Origin: Myxococcales bacterium
GTDB lineage: Bacteria > Myxococcota_A > UBA9042 > JABWCM01
NCBI GenBank assembly: GCA_013360285.1
Contig: JABWCM010000011.1
Location: 2,422 to 66,421 of the forward strand
DNA: 64,000 nucleotides
Direction of reading: 5' to 3'
Position numbers and translations under genes: made by a program. The notes beneath the pieces were generated by a model. That model was given only the letters and a program-made list of their open reading frames with translations, was not told the DNA's origin and did not search any database. This document shows, one piece after another, positions 1 to 9,764 of the stretch; the stretch's first letter is position 1; every line of letters starts with the position of its first letter.

Positions 1-199
1 TCAATCGCCGGCGGCATGGTGAGCCGGAATCGGGGATGAGGTCGGTCATCTCCTCGCACCTGCTCAAACAGCGTTGCAACGGCTCGCCCCCCGGGTTTAA
101 CCGGTTGATGGCGAACATCTTTGATCCGTTTCCCGCGCCATGCGGAAGACTCGGTATAGTTTAGAAATTTTTTGTAAGCATCGTTTTGGATAACGGTTT

Positions 200-1540
200 T
201 CATAGGTTCAAACCTCGGCTTTTGGGCCTGGCGGTTGGTGAATTCAGCACGGCGTTGAGTATGGTTGCGATTTTGTTTGCCTGCTGATGAGCGCTGTATT
301 GGTCGGCAACGGCGTGATCCAACGGGTAGGGGTGGGTACGGACTCGGGGATCGCCGTAAAGTCGCACCAACGTTCGGGTGATTGCTGCGGGGTCATGTGG
401 CGAAACGGACCATCCGGCAGACGTGTGACGTAAGATCTCGTTGGCTTCCCGGTTTGAAGAAATGGCCAGAATCGGGCGTTGTGCGGCCAGATAATCAAAC
501 AACTTTCCCGGAATCTGAAGTTGGCATTCGTCTTCTATTACCAAGGTCAGCACATGGGCGTTTTGTAATACGCCAAGGCTTTGGCGAAACGGGACCGCCG
601 GCGTGATGTCGGCAAACGCCGTCAGACCGGCAGCAACAATGGCTTCGGCAACGTTGGTTTCCGATTCCCCAACGATCCGTAGGCGCGCCTGGTTTGGTGT
701 TAACTTCAGTTCTTGGACAAAGGCGGCAAACCCGGAAAGCAACGAAGTTGGACCGACAAATTGCCGAAACCGGCCGAAATACAGCACGGTAAACACGTCG
801 GCCAGTTGTGCCGGTGTGGGTTCAAACAACGACGGGTCAAAGGCGTTGTGTACGGCATAAAACCGGTCGGCGCCGATACGGCCACGAAATGCGTTTACGT
901 AAGCGTCGCGACAGCTTTGGGTGTTTAAGATAACGGCACTTGCGGTTTCAAAAATCGTTTCTTCGACTTGGCGTAACAACTGCTGAGAACCGCGGGGGCG
1001 CAGCGCCATTTTGGCTTGGTGCATCGACCACGGGTCACGTAGATCGGCTACCAGCGGGAGTCCGGTTCGGCGGTGGAGGTACCAGCCGGCCACGAGTCCC
1101 GACCAGGGATCGGCGCTGACGTGAATCGCTTTGGCTCCATACCGGTCGATCATCGACAAACCGGCGCGGACAGCGGCGGGCACATCCCAAAGATAACGAT
1201 CAAATGGTGTAAGATAACGCCAGGAAGGCGGAAAGTGGAGGCGCGATTTGGGGTTGGTGGATGTTTTTACGGCACCGGGCGAACGCTGGGTTCGGTTGAG
1301 CGCCGGCCTGACGATTCCGGAAAAGTTGTACTGAACCACGGCATCCCGTGGAATGGCGTGAGCAAGATCCGGATCCGCTGGCTCCAGCGCCGGATTTCCC
1401 GCCAGGACCAGCGGCAAATAACCGTGTTGTGGAAGGTGGCGCACCAGGTGTAATGCGCGTTTGGCGCCGCTGATACCCATTGGCGGAAAATACGGAGAGA
1501 TCAACAAAAACGGAGTAGGGCGCGGTAATTGATTTGCCAT
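200..1540 (-). CDS. Glycosyltransferase family 4 (GT-B)
   Basis: Motifs ISPYFPP..GAKR, ADLRDPW and IPGKLFDYLAAQRPIL. Start moved to the ATG at 1540 (MANQLP). Confidence 0.85.
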   Translation of the reverse strand: MANQLPRPTPFLLISPYFPPMGISGAKRALHLVRHLPQHGYLPLVLAGNPALEPADPDLAHAIPRDAVVQYNFSGIVRPALNRTQRSPGAVKTSTNPKSRLHFPPSWRYLTPFDRYLWDVPAAVRAGLSMIDRYGAKAIHVSADPWSGLVAGWYLHRRTGLPLVADLRDPWSMHQAKMALRPRGSQQLLRQVEETIFETASAVILNTQSCRDAYVNAFRGRIGADRFYAVHNAFDPSLFEPTPAQLADVFTVLYFGRFRQFVGPTSLLSGFAAFVQELKLTPNQARLRIVGESETNVAEAIVAAGLTAFADITPAVPFRQSLGVLQNAHVLTLVIEDECQLQIPGKLFDYLAAQRPILAISSNREANEILRHTSAGWSVSPHDPAAITRTLVRLYGDPRVRTHPYPLDHAVADQYSAHQQANKIATILNAVLNSPTARPKSRGLNL

Positions 1541-1811
1541 GAATTCAGACTTGGGCCACCCTCGATCACGTCTCCAACAACCCCGGACACGACGCCGTTT
1601 TCGCAAACGAAAGAATCCGTGTCAAGGGGCCGAATGTTTGTCCGCCGCGTCTCCGGTTTCGTCTGTTGAGAATTGACCCGCGCGGATCTGGGGCCTATGA
1701 TGCCCGCCGTAGATTGCCGGCCATCCTCGATGGTGGCGGCATGATGAAAACGCACGGTAAACTGCTGAACCGCTCGTTTGGGCGGTTTTATTAGACTCCG
1801 AGGTGATCCGA

Positions 1812-3017
1812 ATGAAACGCGGGTGGTTGTGGATTGTTGTGTGTGTGCTGTTCGTGGCGGCAGGTTGTGGACGAAATACCCGCGGCAGCGGCGGCAGCAT
1901 TCTTCCGCCGGGCGGTAATGGAAACAACGGCGGGTCGGATGCCGACAACACGTCGGACAGTTCCAACAACACTGCCGACGGGGTCTCCGGTGGGGATGAA
2001 GACGGTAGTTCACCCGGCGCGGATGGGGAAGTGGGGGATGAAGACACAACAGCGCTCGACCCCGATAGCGGCGGCGGCGGTGAAGACATTCAAACTTCGG
2101 ACAGCTCCGAAGAACAAGACACGTCCGGGCCGGATTGTGTTGAAGACAACGACTGCGGCTCCGGCTTTGTGTGCAAAAACGGCAAATGTTTGCCGGACCA
2201 ACCCGGGTGTGAAGACGCCTGCACGCCGGCGACCACGAAATGTACGCCGGATACAAGTGCTTATGTTACCTGTGTGCCGTTGCAGGACGGGTGTTTTGGT
2301 TGGGGAACCGACAAAATTGCGTGTCCGGCAAACACCAGTTGTATCAACGGTGAATGTAAAGAAACGGCGGTTGTGTGCCCACCGACGGCGTGTCTTTCTC
2401 AAGGCGCCAAACAATGCAGCGGCAATGCCGTTCAGACCTGCCAATCCAGTGCCGCCAATCCGGGATGTAACGAATGGAAAACCACCGAAAATTGTGGGGC
2501 TACAGCGACTTGTAGTGCGGGAGCGTGTATCCCGAACGCGGGCGATGGGAGTTGTGCCGAGGTGTTTGAGTGCCTTGAAACCAACCAATGCGAATCGTTG
2601 GACGACGCCTGTTCGACCGGTTGCGCCGAAGAATCGGGAACCAAAGGGGAGGCGGAATTCAATGCTTATGTGAGTTGTATCAACACCCAATGCGGGGCCG
2701 TTGAGACCCAAGCTGAATTTAACTATTGTATGTTGTCAAAATGTAAAACCGCGGGATCAAAATGTTTTCCTGACCTGGGAGCCGGAACAGACGATTGTAT
2801 GGCGTTTTACGAATGCACCGGTGGATGTGCCGACGGTGACGACGCGTGTATTACCGCGTGCGCGGAACAGTTGTCGTGGAACGGGTTGGCGGATTTGTGG
2901 AATTTTCAGTCCTGCGCCGAAAACTTCTGCGAAGGGTTGACCGGCAACGATTTCGCCAATTGCGCCCTGCAATATTGTTATGCTCAAACCGAAAAATGTT
3001 TTCAACTGGCGCCATAA
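1812..3017 (+). CDS. Cys-rich lipoprotein (myxobacterial type)
   Basis: Signal peptide with lipobox VAAGC, Gly/Asp/Ser linker, then numerous Cys repeats including repeated C..xxEC...C...DDAC...C units. Confidence 0.8.
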   Translation: MKRGWLWIVVCVLFVAAGCGRNTRGSGGSILPPGGNGNNGGSDADNTSDSSNNTADGVSGGDEDGSSPGADGEVGDEDTTALDPDSGGGGEDIQTSDSSEEQDTSGPDCVEDNDCGSGFVCKNGKCLPDQPGCEDACTPATTKCTPDTSAYVTCVPLQDGCFGWGTDKIACPANTSCINGECKETAVVCPPTACLSQGAKQCSGNAVQTCQSSAANPGCNEWKTTENCGATATCSAGACIPNAGDGSCAEVFECLETNQCESLDDACSTGCAEESGTKGEAEFNAYVSCINTQCGAVETQAEFNYCMLSKCKTAGSKCFPDLGAGTDDCMAFYECTGGCADGDDACITACAEQLSWNGLADLWNFQSCAENFCEGLTGNDFANCALQYCYAQTEKCFQLAP

Positions 3018-3022
3018 ACTAT

Positions 3023-3184
3023 GAGGTTGTGAAAAAATAGCTGCGCGCCCTGGTGCCGGCGACTTTTGGCCGACTTGGCTCCGAAAAAACCTGCGCCATA
3101 TTCCCGATATGACTCGGGTTTTTCGAGTCCAATTCGGCGCAAAATTCGCAGCCCCAAAACGCGCCCATATTTCTTCACAACATC
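3023..3184 (+). repeat. 162-bp palindromic MITE/REP-like element, copy 1
   Basis: Ends GAGGTTGTGAAAAAATA...TATTTCTTCACAACATC; core GCGCCATATTCCCGATATGACTC. Confidence 0.85.
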
Positions 3185-3205
3185 TATGCGAGGTAAAAAA
3201 ACGCC

Positions 3206-4552
3206 GTGGCAGACAAAAATAAGGTTGATGACGACGGTGATTTGGACGCGCACAAACCGGCAACCAAGGGGAAACGGTTTCTGAAACTTGCGTCGATGAC
3301 CGCTTCGGTGGCCGGTCAATATGCGGTTTCCCGATTGCAGACCGCGTTTCGTGGCGACGAAACACAAAAAGAGGTCCGGGCGGATTCCCACCGGCGGATC
3401 GGTGAACGAATCGCTTCGACGTTGGGGGAACTGAAAGGTGCGGCGATGAAACTCGGACAGATGGCGTCGCTTGGCGGCGACATTCTGCCTGCGGAAATCG
3501 CTGTTGCGCTGAAAAAACTGCAAAAAGAAGCGCCCCCAATGCCGTTTCCGGTGATCGCCCAGCAGATTGAAACCGAGTTTGGCGCGCCCCCCCAGCGGTT
3601 ATTTACGCGGTTTGACGCGACCCCGTTTGCATCGGCGTCGATTGGCCAGGTCCATCGGGCACAAACCGACGATGGGCGGGAAGTGGTGGTCAAAGTGCAA
3701 TATCCGGGGGTCGATTCGTCGGTAGACTCGGATTTGTCCCATCTGAAGTTTGCGCTGCGGGCGAGTGGTTTGTTACGATTCAACAAACAGGTCATGGATC
3801 GGTTATTTGAAGAAGTCCGACTTCGGCTTCACGAAGAGCTGGATTATTGTAACGAAGCGGAGAATGTCCGTCTGTTTCGGGAACACCATCGGCACCAGCC
3901 GTTTGTGGTGGTTCCCGATGTTGTGGGGGAACGCAGTTCCAAACGGGTATTGACGTTGACCTATGAGGAGGGGGAAAACATCAATCACCTGGACCAAGGG
4001 CGATTTACGCAGGCGGTTCGGGACCTTATTGGTGAAAATCTGTTCCGATTAACCTTGAGTCAACTGTTTGATCTCAAGGCACTTCAGTCCGATCCCAACC
4101 CGGCGAATTTTGCGTTTCGGCAAGACGGCACCATTGTGTTGTATGACTTTGGGTGCGTAAAACGGATTGAACCGACGATTCTGGATGCGTGGCGGGATAC
4201 GATTCGTGGGGGATTGGATGAAGACTACGAGGCGGTGGAACGGGGGCTGATTGCGCTTGGGGCAAGGAATGTGGCCGGGCCGGCCGTCGAGGCGGATTAT
4301 TACGCGGTATGGCGAGAAATCCTGTTGCGGCCTTTTCTGGGGGACGACCCGTTTGATTATGGGGCGTCCAAAATCCACGAAGAAGTTGCGCGGCAGGTGC
4401 CGGGGATCTTAAGACGGCTGAGTTCTTTTCAACCACCGGTCGAAGTTGTGTTTATCGATCGGGTGTTGGCGGGTCATTATTGGAACCTCCGCACCATTCG
4501 GTCGCGGGGGCGGTTTATGGATCTGGTACGTCCTTATTTGTATTCGGGTTAA
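3206..4552 (+). CDS. AarF/ABC1/UbiB family atypical kinase
   Basis: LKGAAMKLGQ, FASASIGQVHRA, VVVKVQYPGV, DPNPANF and YDFGC motifs. Confidence 0.92.
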   Translation: MADKNKVDDDGDLDAHKPATKGKRFLKLASMTASVAGQYAVSRLQTAFRGDETQKEVRADSHRRIGERIASTLGELKGAAMKLGQMASLGGDILPAEIAVALKKLQKEAPPMPFPVIAQQIETEFGAPPQRLFTRFDATPFASASIGQVHRAQTDDGREVVVKVQYPGVDSSVDSDLSHLKFALRASGLLRFNKQVMDRLFEEVRLRLHEELDYCNEAENVRLFREHHRHQPFVVVPDVVGERSSKRVLTLTYEEGENINHLDQGRFTQAVRDLIGENLFRLTLSQLFDLKALQSDPNPANFAFRQDGTIVLYDFGCVKRIEPTILDAWRDTIRGGLDEDYEAVERGLIALGARNVAGPAVEADYYAVWREILLRPFLGDDPFDYGASKIHEEVARQVPGILRRLSSFQPPVEVVFIDRVLAGHYWNLRTIRSRGRFMDLVRPYLYSG

Positions 4553-4555
4553 AAC

Positions 4556-6571
4556 ATGTGGGCCGTAAATCGACGGAATCGGATTGGATGGGGTGGGTAC
4601 CGATTGGCGCCAATGGTGTGTGTGGTCATCTTGGGGGCGATCGGGGGGTGTTCCGAGTCGGGATCGGTAGACAATGGGGACACCGACGTCCAAAACGAAG
4701 ACACCATGACGGTTGCGGACGTGGGTTCGGCGCCTAACGATCGGTGTTTTCACTACAATCCCAACAAAAATGTCTACTTTGGGGACTTGCATGTCCACAC
4801 CTCGTTGTCATTGGATGCGAATCTGCAGGGAACTCGGCTGCGCCCGTTCGAAGCATATACGTTCGCTCGTGGGGAAACCGTGGGGATGCCCCCTTACGAT
4901 TCGATGGGGCGACCGTTACGAACGTTGACGATCGACAGGCCGCTCGATTTTGCTGCGGTGACCGACCATGCGGAGTTTTTGGGTGCGGTAACGGTGTGTA
5001 CCACGCCGGGGGTACCCGGGTACGACCATCCCCAATGTGTTCAATATCGAGAACAACCCGATTTGGCGTTTATTTTACTGAACACACATCTTGCGGCTCC
5101 CCAGGGGCAGGAGGTGGCGCCGGCATTGTGTGGGGAGGGGGGAAAAAATTGCCAAGAACCACTGATGGCGGCCTGGAGTGAAATACAGGACGCAGCGGAA
5201 GCGGCCCTCGACCCGAGCCGGGCGTGTACGTTTTCGACACTGGTGGGGTACGAGTGGTCGGGAAATCCCGGCACGGCCAATTTGCATCGAAACGTGTTGT
5301 TTCGGACCGCCACCGTTCCTGCCGAGCCGGTTGGCTATTTTTCGGAAGCGTATCCCGAAGGATTGTGGGCGGCATTGCGGGAGAAATGTATTGACCAGTT
5401 GCCGGGTTGTGATGTCATCACGATTCCCCATAATTCCAACCTGAGTAATGGCCGGATGTTTGAAGGGACAGACAAAACGGGCGCGCCGATCGATGCGGCT
5501 TACGCGGCCGAGCAAGCGGCGATGGAGCCCCTTGTGGAGATCATGCAACACAAAGGCGACAGCGAATGTATGCCGGGCAGTCCTTTGGGGGACGATGAAT
5601 GTGATTTTGAAAAAATGCCTTACGATACGTTGGCTATTGCTTTTGCCGACGGAAACAGTCCCCCTGAACCCAAAGATTTTGTGCGGGATGCGTTGGTTTC
5701 TGGGCTGACATATTGGGAGCAATGGGGAATCAATCCCTATGCGTTTGGGATCATTGCCAGCACCGATACACACCTTGGAACAGCCGGCGCGGTGGATGAA
5801 AGAACCTACCCGGGGCATGGGGGAGCCGGCGCCGCTCATACGACGGAGCTTCCCCGTGGGTTGGTGGATACACCGGCGTTTAATCCGGGGGGATTGGTCG
5901 GGGTGTGGGCCGAAGAAAACCGGCGGGAATCGATTTTTGATGCACTCAAACGAAAAGAGACGTTTGGCACCAGTGGTCCACGAATCGTAGTGCGCTTTTT
6001 TGGCGGATTCGATTACCCCTCGTCGGCATGCGAGTGGGACGATTTTGCGGCCCAGTCGTACACCATGGGGGTCCCCATGGGGGGAAATTTGGAGGTACCG
6101 AAAGGGGGAGGCGCCCCGCGGTTTGGAGTGTGGGCGACACAAGATCCGGGGACCGAGGCGGAAAAAGGGGTTCCGATCCATCAAGTGCAGATCATCAAAT
6201 GTACGGCGGCCAAGGGAAAGAGTGGTTGCACTGTGTTTTCTTTGTACAAATCGACTACGGAGCCGTCGTTGTCCACCGCCGACTGTGTGCCGGACCGGGA
6301 GTCGGGTGAAACGTCGGTATGCCAAACGTGGGAAGATCCCGATTTTGACCCGGAAGGGGCGGCGTTGTATTACGTTCGGGTGTTACAAAACCCTACTTGT
6401 CGGTGGACGACCCTTTTTTGCCAAACAAACGGAGTGGATTGCGCGAAACCGGCCACCATCGCCCCGGGGTATGAGGGGTGTTGTGATGACCGGTTTGCAA
6501 AAGTGGTCTCCGAGAGAGCTTGGACATCGCCGATTTGGGTTTTGCCGAAAAAAAACCAAGTAGGTGGGTAA
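4556..6571 (+). CDS. DUF3604 domain protein (PHP-like metal-binding lipoprotein)
   Basis: YFGDLHVHT, LDFAAVTDHAE, NLHRNV, IPHNSNLSNG, STDTH and ERAWTSPIW. Start uncertain. Confidence 0.85.
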   Translation: MWAVNRRNRIGWGGYRLAPMVCVVILGAIGGCSESGSVDNGDTDVQNEDTMTVADVGSAPNDRCFHYNPNKNVYFGDLHVHTSLSLDANLQGTRLRPFEAYTFARGETVGMPPYDSMGRPLRTLTIDRPLDFAAVTDHAEFLGAVTVCTTPGVPGYDHPQCVQYREQPDLAFILLNTHLAAPQGQEVAPALCGEGGKNCQEPLMAAWSEIQDAAEAALDPSRACTFSTLVGYEWSGNPGTANLHRNVLFRTATVPAEPVGYFSEAYPEGLWAALREKCIDQLPGCDVITIPHNSNLSNGRMFEGTDKTGAPIDAAYAAEQAAMEPLVEIMQHKGDSECMPGSPLGDDECDFEKMPYDTLAIAFADGNSPPEPKDFVRDALVSGLTYWEQWGINPYAFGIIASTDTHLGTAGAVDERTYPGHGGAGAAHTTELPRGLVDTPAFNPGGLVGVWAEENRRESIFDALKRKETFGTSGPRIVVRFFGGFDYPSSACEWDDFAAQSYTMGVPMGGNLEVPKGGGAPRFGVWATQDPGTEAEKGVPIHQVQIIKCTAAKGKSGCTVFSLYKSTTEPSLSTADCVPDRESGETSVCQTWEDPDFDPEGAALYYVRVLQNPTCRWTTLFCQTNGVDCAKPATIAPGYEGCCDDRFAKVVSERAWTSPIWVLPKKNQVGG

Positions 6572-7469
6572 CCCTGTGGTCGATCATCCCCGCCGGCGTC
6601 CTGATTGGTTAAGCGTCATACAAATCGCCGGGGTGTATTTGATTTTGGGAACGACTGGTGCATTCGTGGTGGAATTCGCCCCACACGATGTGGCCACAAC
6701 ACCGGCTGTGCGTGAGTTTGCCGTGCCTGCGGACAGCGACGCGGCAGAATGGGTGCGATATCGGGATGAGGCAGTGGCCCTGGTGTTGGCCGAAGAGTTG
6801 GCGTGGTTTCATATCGATCCTCTGGTGTGGGAGCGGCTCGTACAAAACCAGCGATTCGTTCAGAACGAAGGGGAGTTGAACGTGGGCGATCAGGAGTTGT
6901 TTATGCGGGCCTTGGCTATGGGCATGCACCAAGATGATCCGGTAGTCCGAAGGCGGATGCTTTCCCGGCTAATTCAACTGCTGGAGGCGGAGGTCCCTGA
7001 CCCCACCGAATCGGAAATTGTTGTTTATGTTCATTCGAATCGGGGGCGTTTCGTAACGGCAGAACAACGCCGATTTGAGACGTTGTTTCAAAAAGTCCCG
7101 CGGGATCAGGATGGGATTGACAAACGTTCCCCACGACCGTGGTTCGATTCCCCGCCGCCCTTGGCCCATTTTGGTTCCCAGTCGGAATTACAGCGGGCGT
7201 GGGGGAAAGATCTGGCTACGGCGATTTTCGCCTGTTCCCGTGGGCAATGGTGTGGACCTGTGTTGTCTGCTTATGGTGTTCATTGGGTGAAAGTAACCGA
7301 CATCATTGCTGAATCGGAGCCGTCGGTCGATCAAAGTCGGGAGTGGATCGCCGAAAAAATAAAAGCCGAACGGAGGGAACGTTGGGTTCGGCAGCGCCTG
7401 GATCAACTCGCCAGTCGGTTGGGGTTGGTGCCGGTTCGGGTTGGGGTAGGGGAAGACGATGCGAAGTGA
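6564..7469 (+). CDS. PpiC/rotamase-like peptidyl-prolyl isomerase domain protein
   Basis: ALAMGMHQDDPVVRRR and WCGPVLSAYGVHWV; position within the DUF3604 module. Confidence 0.75.
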   Translation: MGNPVVDHPRRRPDWLSVIQIAGVYLILGTTGAFVVEFAPHDVATTPAVREFAVPADSDAAEWVRYRDEAVALVLAEELAWFHIDPLVWERLVQNQRFVQNEGELNVGDQELFMRALAMGMHQDDPVVRRRMLSRLIQLLEAEVPDPTESEIVVYVHSNRGRFVTAEQRRFETLFQKVPRDQDGIDKRSPRPWFDSPPPLAHFGSQSELQRAWGKDLATAIFACSRGQWCGPVLSAYGVHWVKVTDIIAESEPSVDQSREWIAEKIKAERRERWVRQRLDQLASRLGLVPVRVGVGEDDAK

Positions 7470-8601
7470 CCGATGGATTGGTTTGGCGGCCGTTTTGTTG
7501 CTTCTGTTAGGCGCCTTGCCGGCCCAATCCCATCCTTTGACCCCCATCGCGCTCGAGGTGGTTCAAACCGATCCGACCACGTTTGTGCTGACCTGGAAAA
7601 TTCTGGGTATTCCCCGTTCCGAAGAAGTTGTTTTTTCGTTGGAACCCGACTGTATTGGTGAAAAACCGGTTCTGTTGGCCACACCAGGGGCGGCTGACCG
7701 TGACGGGGAGCAAGTGACACGAAAACGGTCGATTTGGGTGTGCCCCGCCGGAAACGAACCGGTGTTGACGGCGCGTAATCTCACCGAAGGGCGACTGGTC
7801 ATCGGGCGACAACACACGGGTGCCGGCTCGTCGGTCGAAATGGTCTTAAGTGAGTTCCGCCCGACTTGGCGCTTGGTCAAGAACTCGGAAAATACCGAAA
7901 CATCGGTTGGGTTTGGCGCTATGATGGCGCAAGGAACCGCACATCTTTTGGTAGGTCTGGACCACATCGCGTTTTTGTTGTGCTTGGTTGTTGTTTTTGA
8001 GCAGCTTTCGTTGTTGGTGCTGACCACAACGGCATTTACGGTAGGACATTCCCTGTCGTTGATTTGTGTGGCGTTAGGCGTATGGAACGTACCGTCGGTG
8101 ACAGCAGAAACCCTGATAGCCCTTACGTTGGTGGTGATGGCAGTCCGGCTGCGCGTGGGTGGACGCAGTCGGGTTTATGGCCGGTCCGACAAAATAACCG
8201 CTGTCGTATTGTGTATGGGATTTGGGTGTATCCACGGCCTGGGATTTGGTTCGGCAATGCAGTGGACCCATCTTTCCGGCGCGGACCTGCTGGTACACCT
8301 GTTTGGGTTCAATTTGGGAGTCGAGATAGGTCAACTGCTGGTGATGGGACTGGTTTGGATCCTGTTGTGGCCGTCACGAAAGCAATCGGTTGTGGGTGTT
8401 GGCGACGGGGTTCCACCAATGGAATCGTGCAATGCACCCTGGACGCCAGTTACGCAAGAAAAGAAGAGTTGGCGTACGATAGTTAAACAAAAAACGCGAA
8501 TTTTGGTTTCAGATTTTTGGCGAATCGTACGGTATAAATGGATTCCGGATGTGGTGGGGATTTATGGGGTTGCGCTGACGGTATGGGCGTTTCGCCAATG
8601 A
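7459..8601 (+). CDS. HupE/UreJ family membrane protein
   Basis: GTAHLLVGLDHIAFL, TAFTVGHSLSL, FGCIHGLGF and FGFNLGVEIGQL. Confidence 0.88.
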   Translation: MRSDRWIGLAAVLLLLLGALPAQSHPLTPIALEVVQTDPTTFVLTWKILGIPRSEEVVFSLEPDCIGEKPVLLATPGAADRDGEQVTRKRSIWVCPAGNEPVLTARNLTEGRLVIGRQHTGAGSSVEMVLSEFRPTWRLVKNSENTETSVGFGAMMAQGTAHLLVGLDHIAFLLCLVVVFEQLSLLVLTTTAFTVGHSLSLICVALGVWNVPSVTAETLIALTLVVMAVRLRVGGRSRVYGRSDKITAVVLCMGFGCIHGLGFGSAMQWTHLSGADLLVHLFGFNLGVEIGQLLVMGLVWILLWPSRKQSVVGVGDGVPPMESCNAPWTPVTQEKKSWRTIVKQKTRILVSDFWRIVRYKWIPDVVGIYGVALTVWAFRQ

Positions 8602-8649
8602 GGTTGTGAAAACCCAGGCAATTTTTGCGAACGTAATAAAAAGGAGGGA

Positions 8650-8681
8650 GCCCGTCGGGTTTTCCAGGGTTCCCGACGGGC
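8650..8681. terminator. Hairpin between convergent genes, probable terminator
   Basis: 10-bp stem GCCCGTCGGG/CCCGACGGGC, with a T-run a few nt downstream on the minus strand. Confidence 0.55.
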
Positions 8682-8820
8682 CGTTTATTGATGTTCCGCT
8701 GTGCGAGAGAGGGGCACGCGAAACCAAGAAGGGATTGCGAGAGAGGCAGATTGATTGACAATGTACCGCCACCCGAGTCGGGTTTCGGTACAGCGTTTTT
8801 CTGGCGGGCACATAGTGTTT

Positions 8821-9261
8821 TTACGCGGCGGCTTTACCTGGAGCCGGCGACGTTGGCACTATGAATTTGAACAATAACATACCTACCAGCATGGATGCTA
8901 CGAATGTCAGCACGGTGATTTTTCCCGACGCCAACGATACCAGGCCTGGTCCCGGGCAATACCCCGCGATTCCCCACCCCAGGCCGAATAACGCCGCACC
9001 CGTAAGTAGTCGTCCATCCAGATCTTTTTTTGTCGGCAGACTGAATGAACGGGCGAATAGTGGTTGTTTTCGTTTTAAGATAAGACGGAAAAATATACCG
9101 TAAGTAACTACCGCGCCGCCCATTACCCCAAGCAGAGCCGGATCCCAGTTGCCAAAAAAATCGAGAAAACCGACCACATGTACAGGTTGGGTCATGCCGC
9201 TGATGCCGAGCCCAATGGCAAACAGGACGCCGGATACAAATGCTGCAAGTTCTTGTTTCAT
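8821..9261 (-). CDS. YeeE/YedE-type sulfur transporter subunit
   Basis: GLGISGMT...GFLD...WDPAL and GWGIAGYCPGP. Start at MKQELAAF, overlapping the upstream stop. Confidence 0.85.
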   Translation of the reverse strand: MKQELAAFVSGVLFAIGLGISGMTQPVHVVGFLDFFGNWDPALLGVMGGAVVTYGIFFRLILKRKQPLFARSFSLPTKKDLDGRLLTGAALFGLGWGIAGYCPGPGLVSLASGKITVLTFVASMLVGMLLFKFIVPTSPAPGKAAA

Positions 9262-9728
9262 GGGGATTGTTCTCCTGCCGATGTGGTTTCCGTCAATTGC
9301 GGTTTCGGATCTATGACGTGATGGACAAGGTACGTTGAAAGCGCACCAAAGGCGATAAATGTGATGGTAGCGATGATGGAACGTTTGGAAAAACGACTGA
9401 TCCCGCATACCCCATGGCCGCTTGTGCAGCCGCTGCCGAGGCGGGTCCCGAAACCGACCAACAATCCGGCGACGATAACCCACGGCATCGATGTTCCGAG
9501 GCCGTCGTAAATCAACGCCGGATTGAAGGCCACGATACCGATGCCGCCGCCGATGAGGCCCAAAATGAACGCGACGCGCCACCCCATGTCGCCTTTGGGA
9601 TGGTCCAACGCACCGCCGACCACTCCGCTGATCCCGGCGATTCGACCAAGCGTCAGCATCATGATCGCCGCGGCGATTCCGATCAGCACACCGCCGATGA
9701 GCGGAAGCACCATGATTGACAAATCCAT
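9258..9728 (-). CDS. YeeE/YedE family sulfur transporter subunit
   Basis: GRIAGISG and [21 protein letters not shown]. Confidence 0.9.
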   Translation of the reverse strand: MDLSIMVLPLIGGVLIGIAAAIMMLTLGRIAGISGVVGGALDHPKGDMGWRVAFILGLIGGGIGIVAFNPALIYDGLGTSMPWVIVAGLLVGFGTRLGSGCTSGHGVCGISRFSKRSIIATITFIAFGALSTYLVHHVIDPKPQLTETTSAGEQSP

Positions 9729-9764
9729 TGTTTTTCTCCTTTTGAATTGACCGCTACAGTTAAA

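Noticed and set aside
1-141. Possible start of a minus-strand CDS at the window edge
   Set aside because: Too short to assign a frame or product reliably.
3023-3184. 162-bp element as integron attC sites or CRISPR repeats
   Set aside because: Copies are dispersed in both orientations among core genes, lack RYYYAAC/GTTRRRY ends, and no integrase or cas gene is present.
3066-3284. Recurrent small ORFs such as APYSRYDSGF and LRHIPD at several loci
   Set aside because: These are translation artefacts of the repeat element core.
5075-6325. Long antisense or overlapping ORFs (also 13513-14463, 24644-25762, 28109-29203, 37556-38869)
   Set aside because: Shadow ORFs opposite well-supported genes, expected at this GC content.
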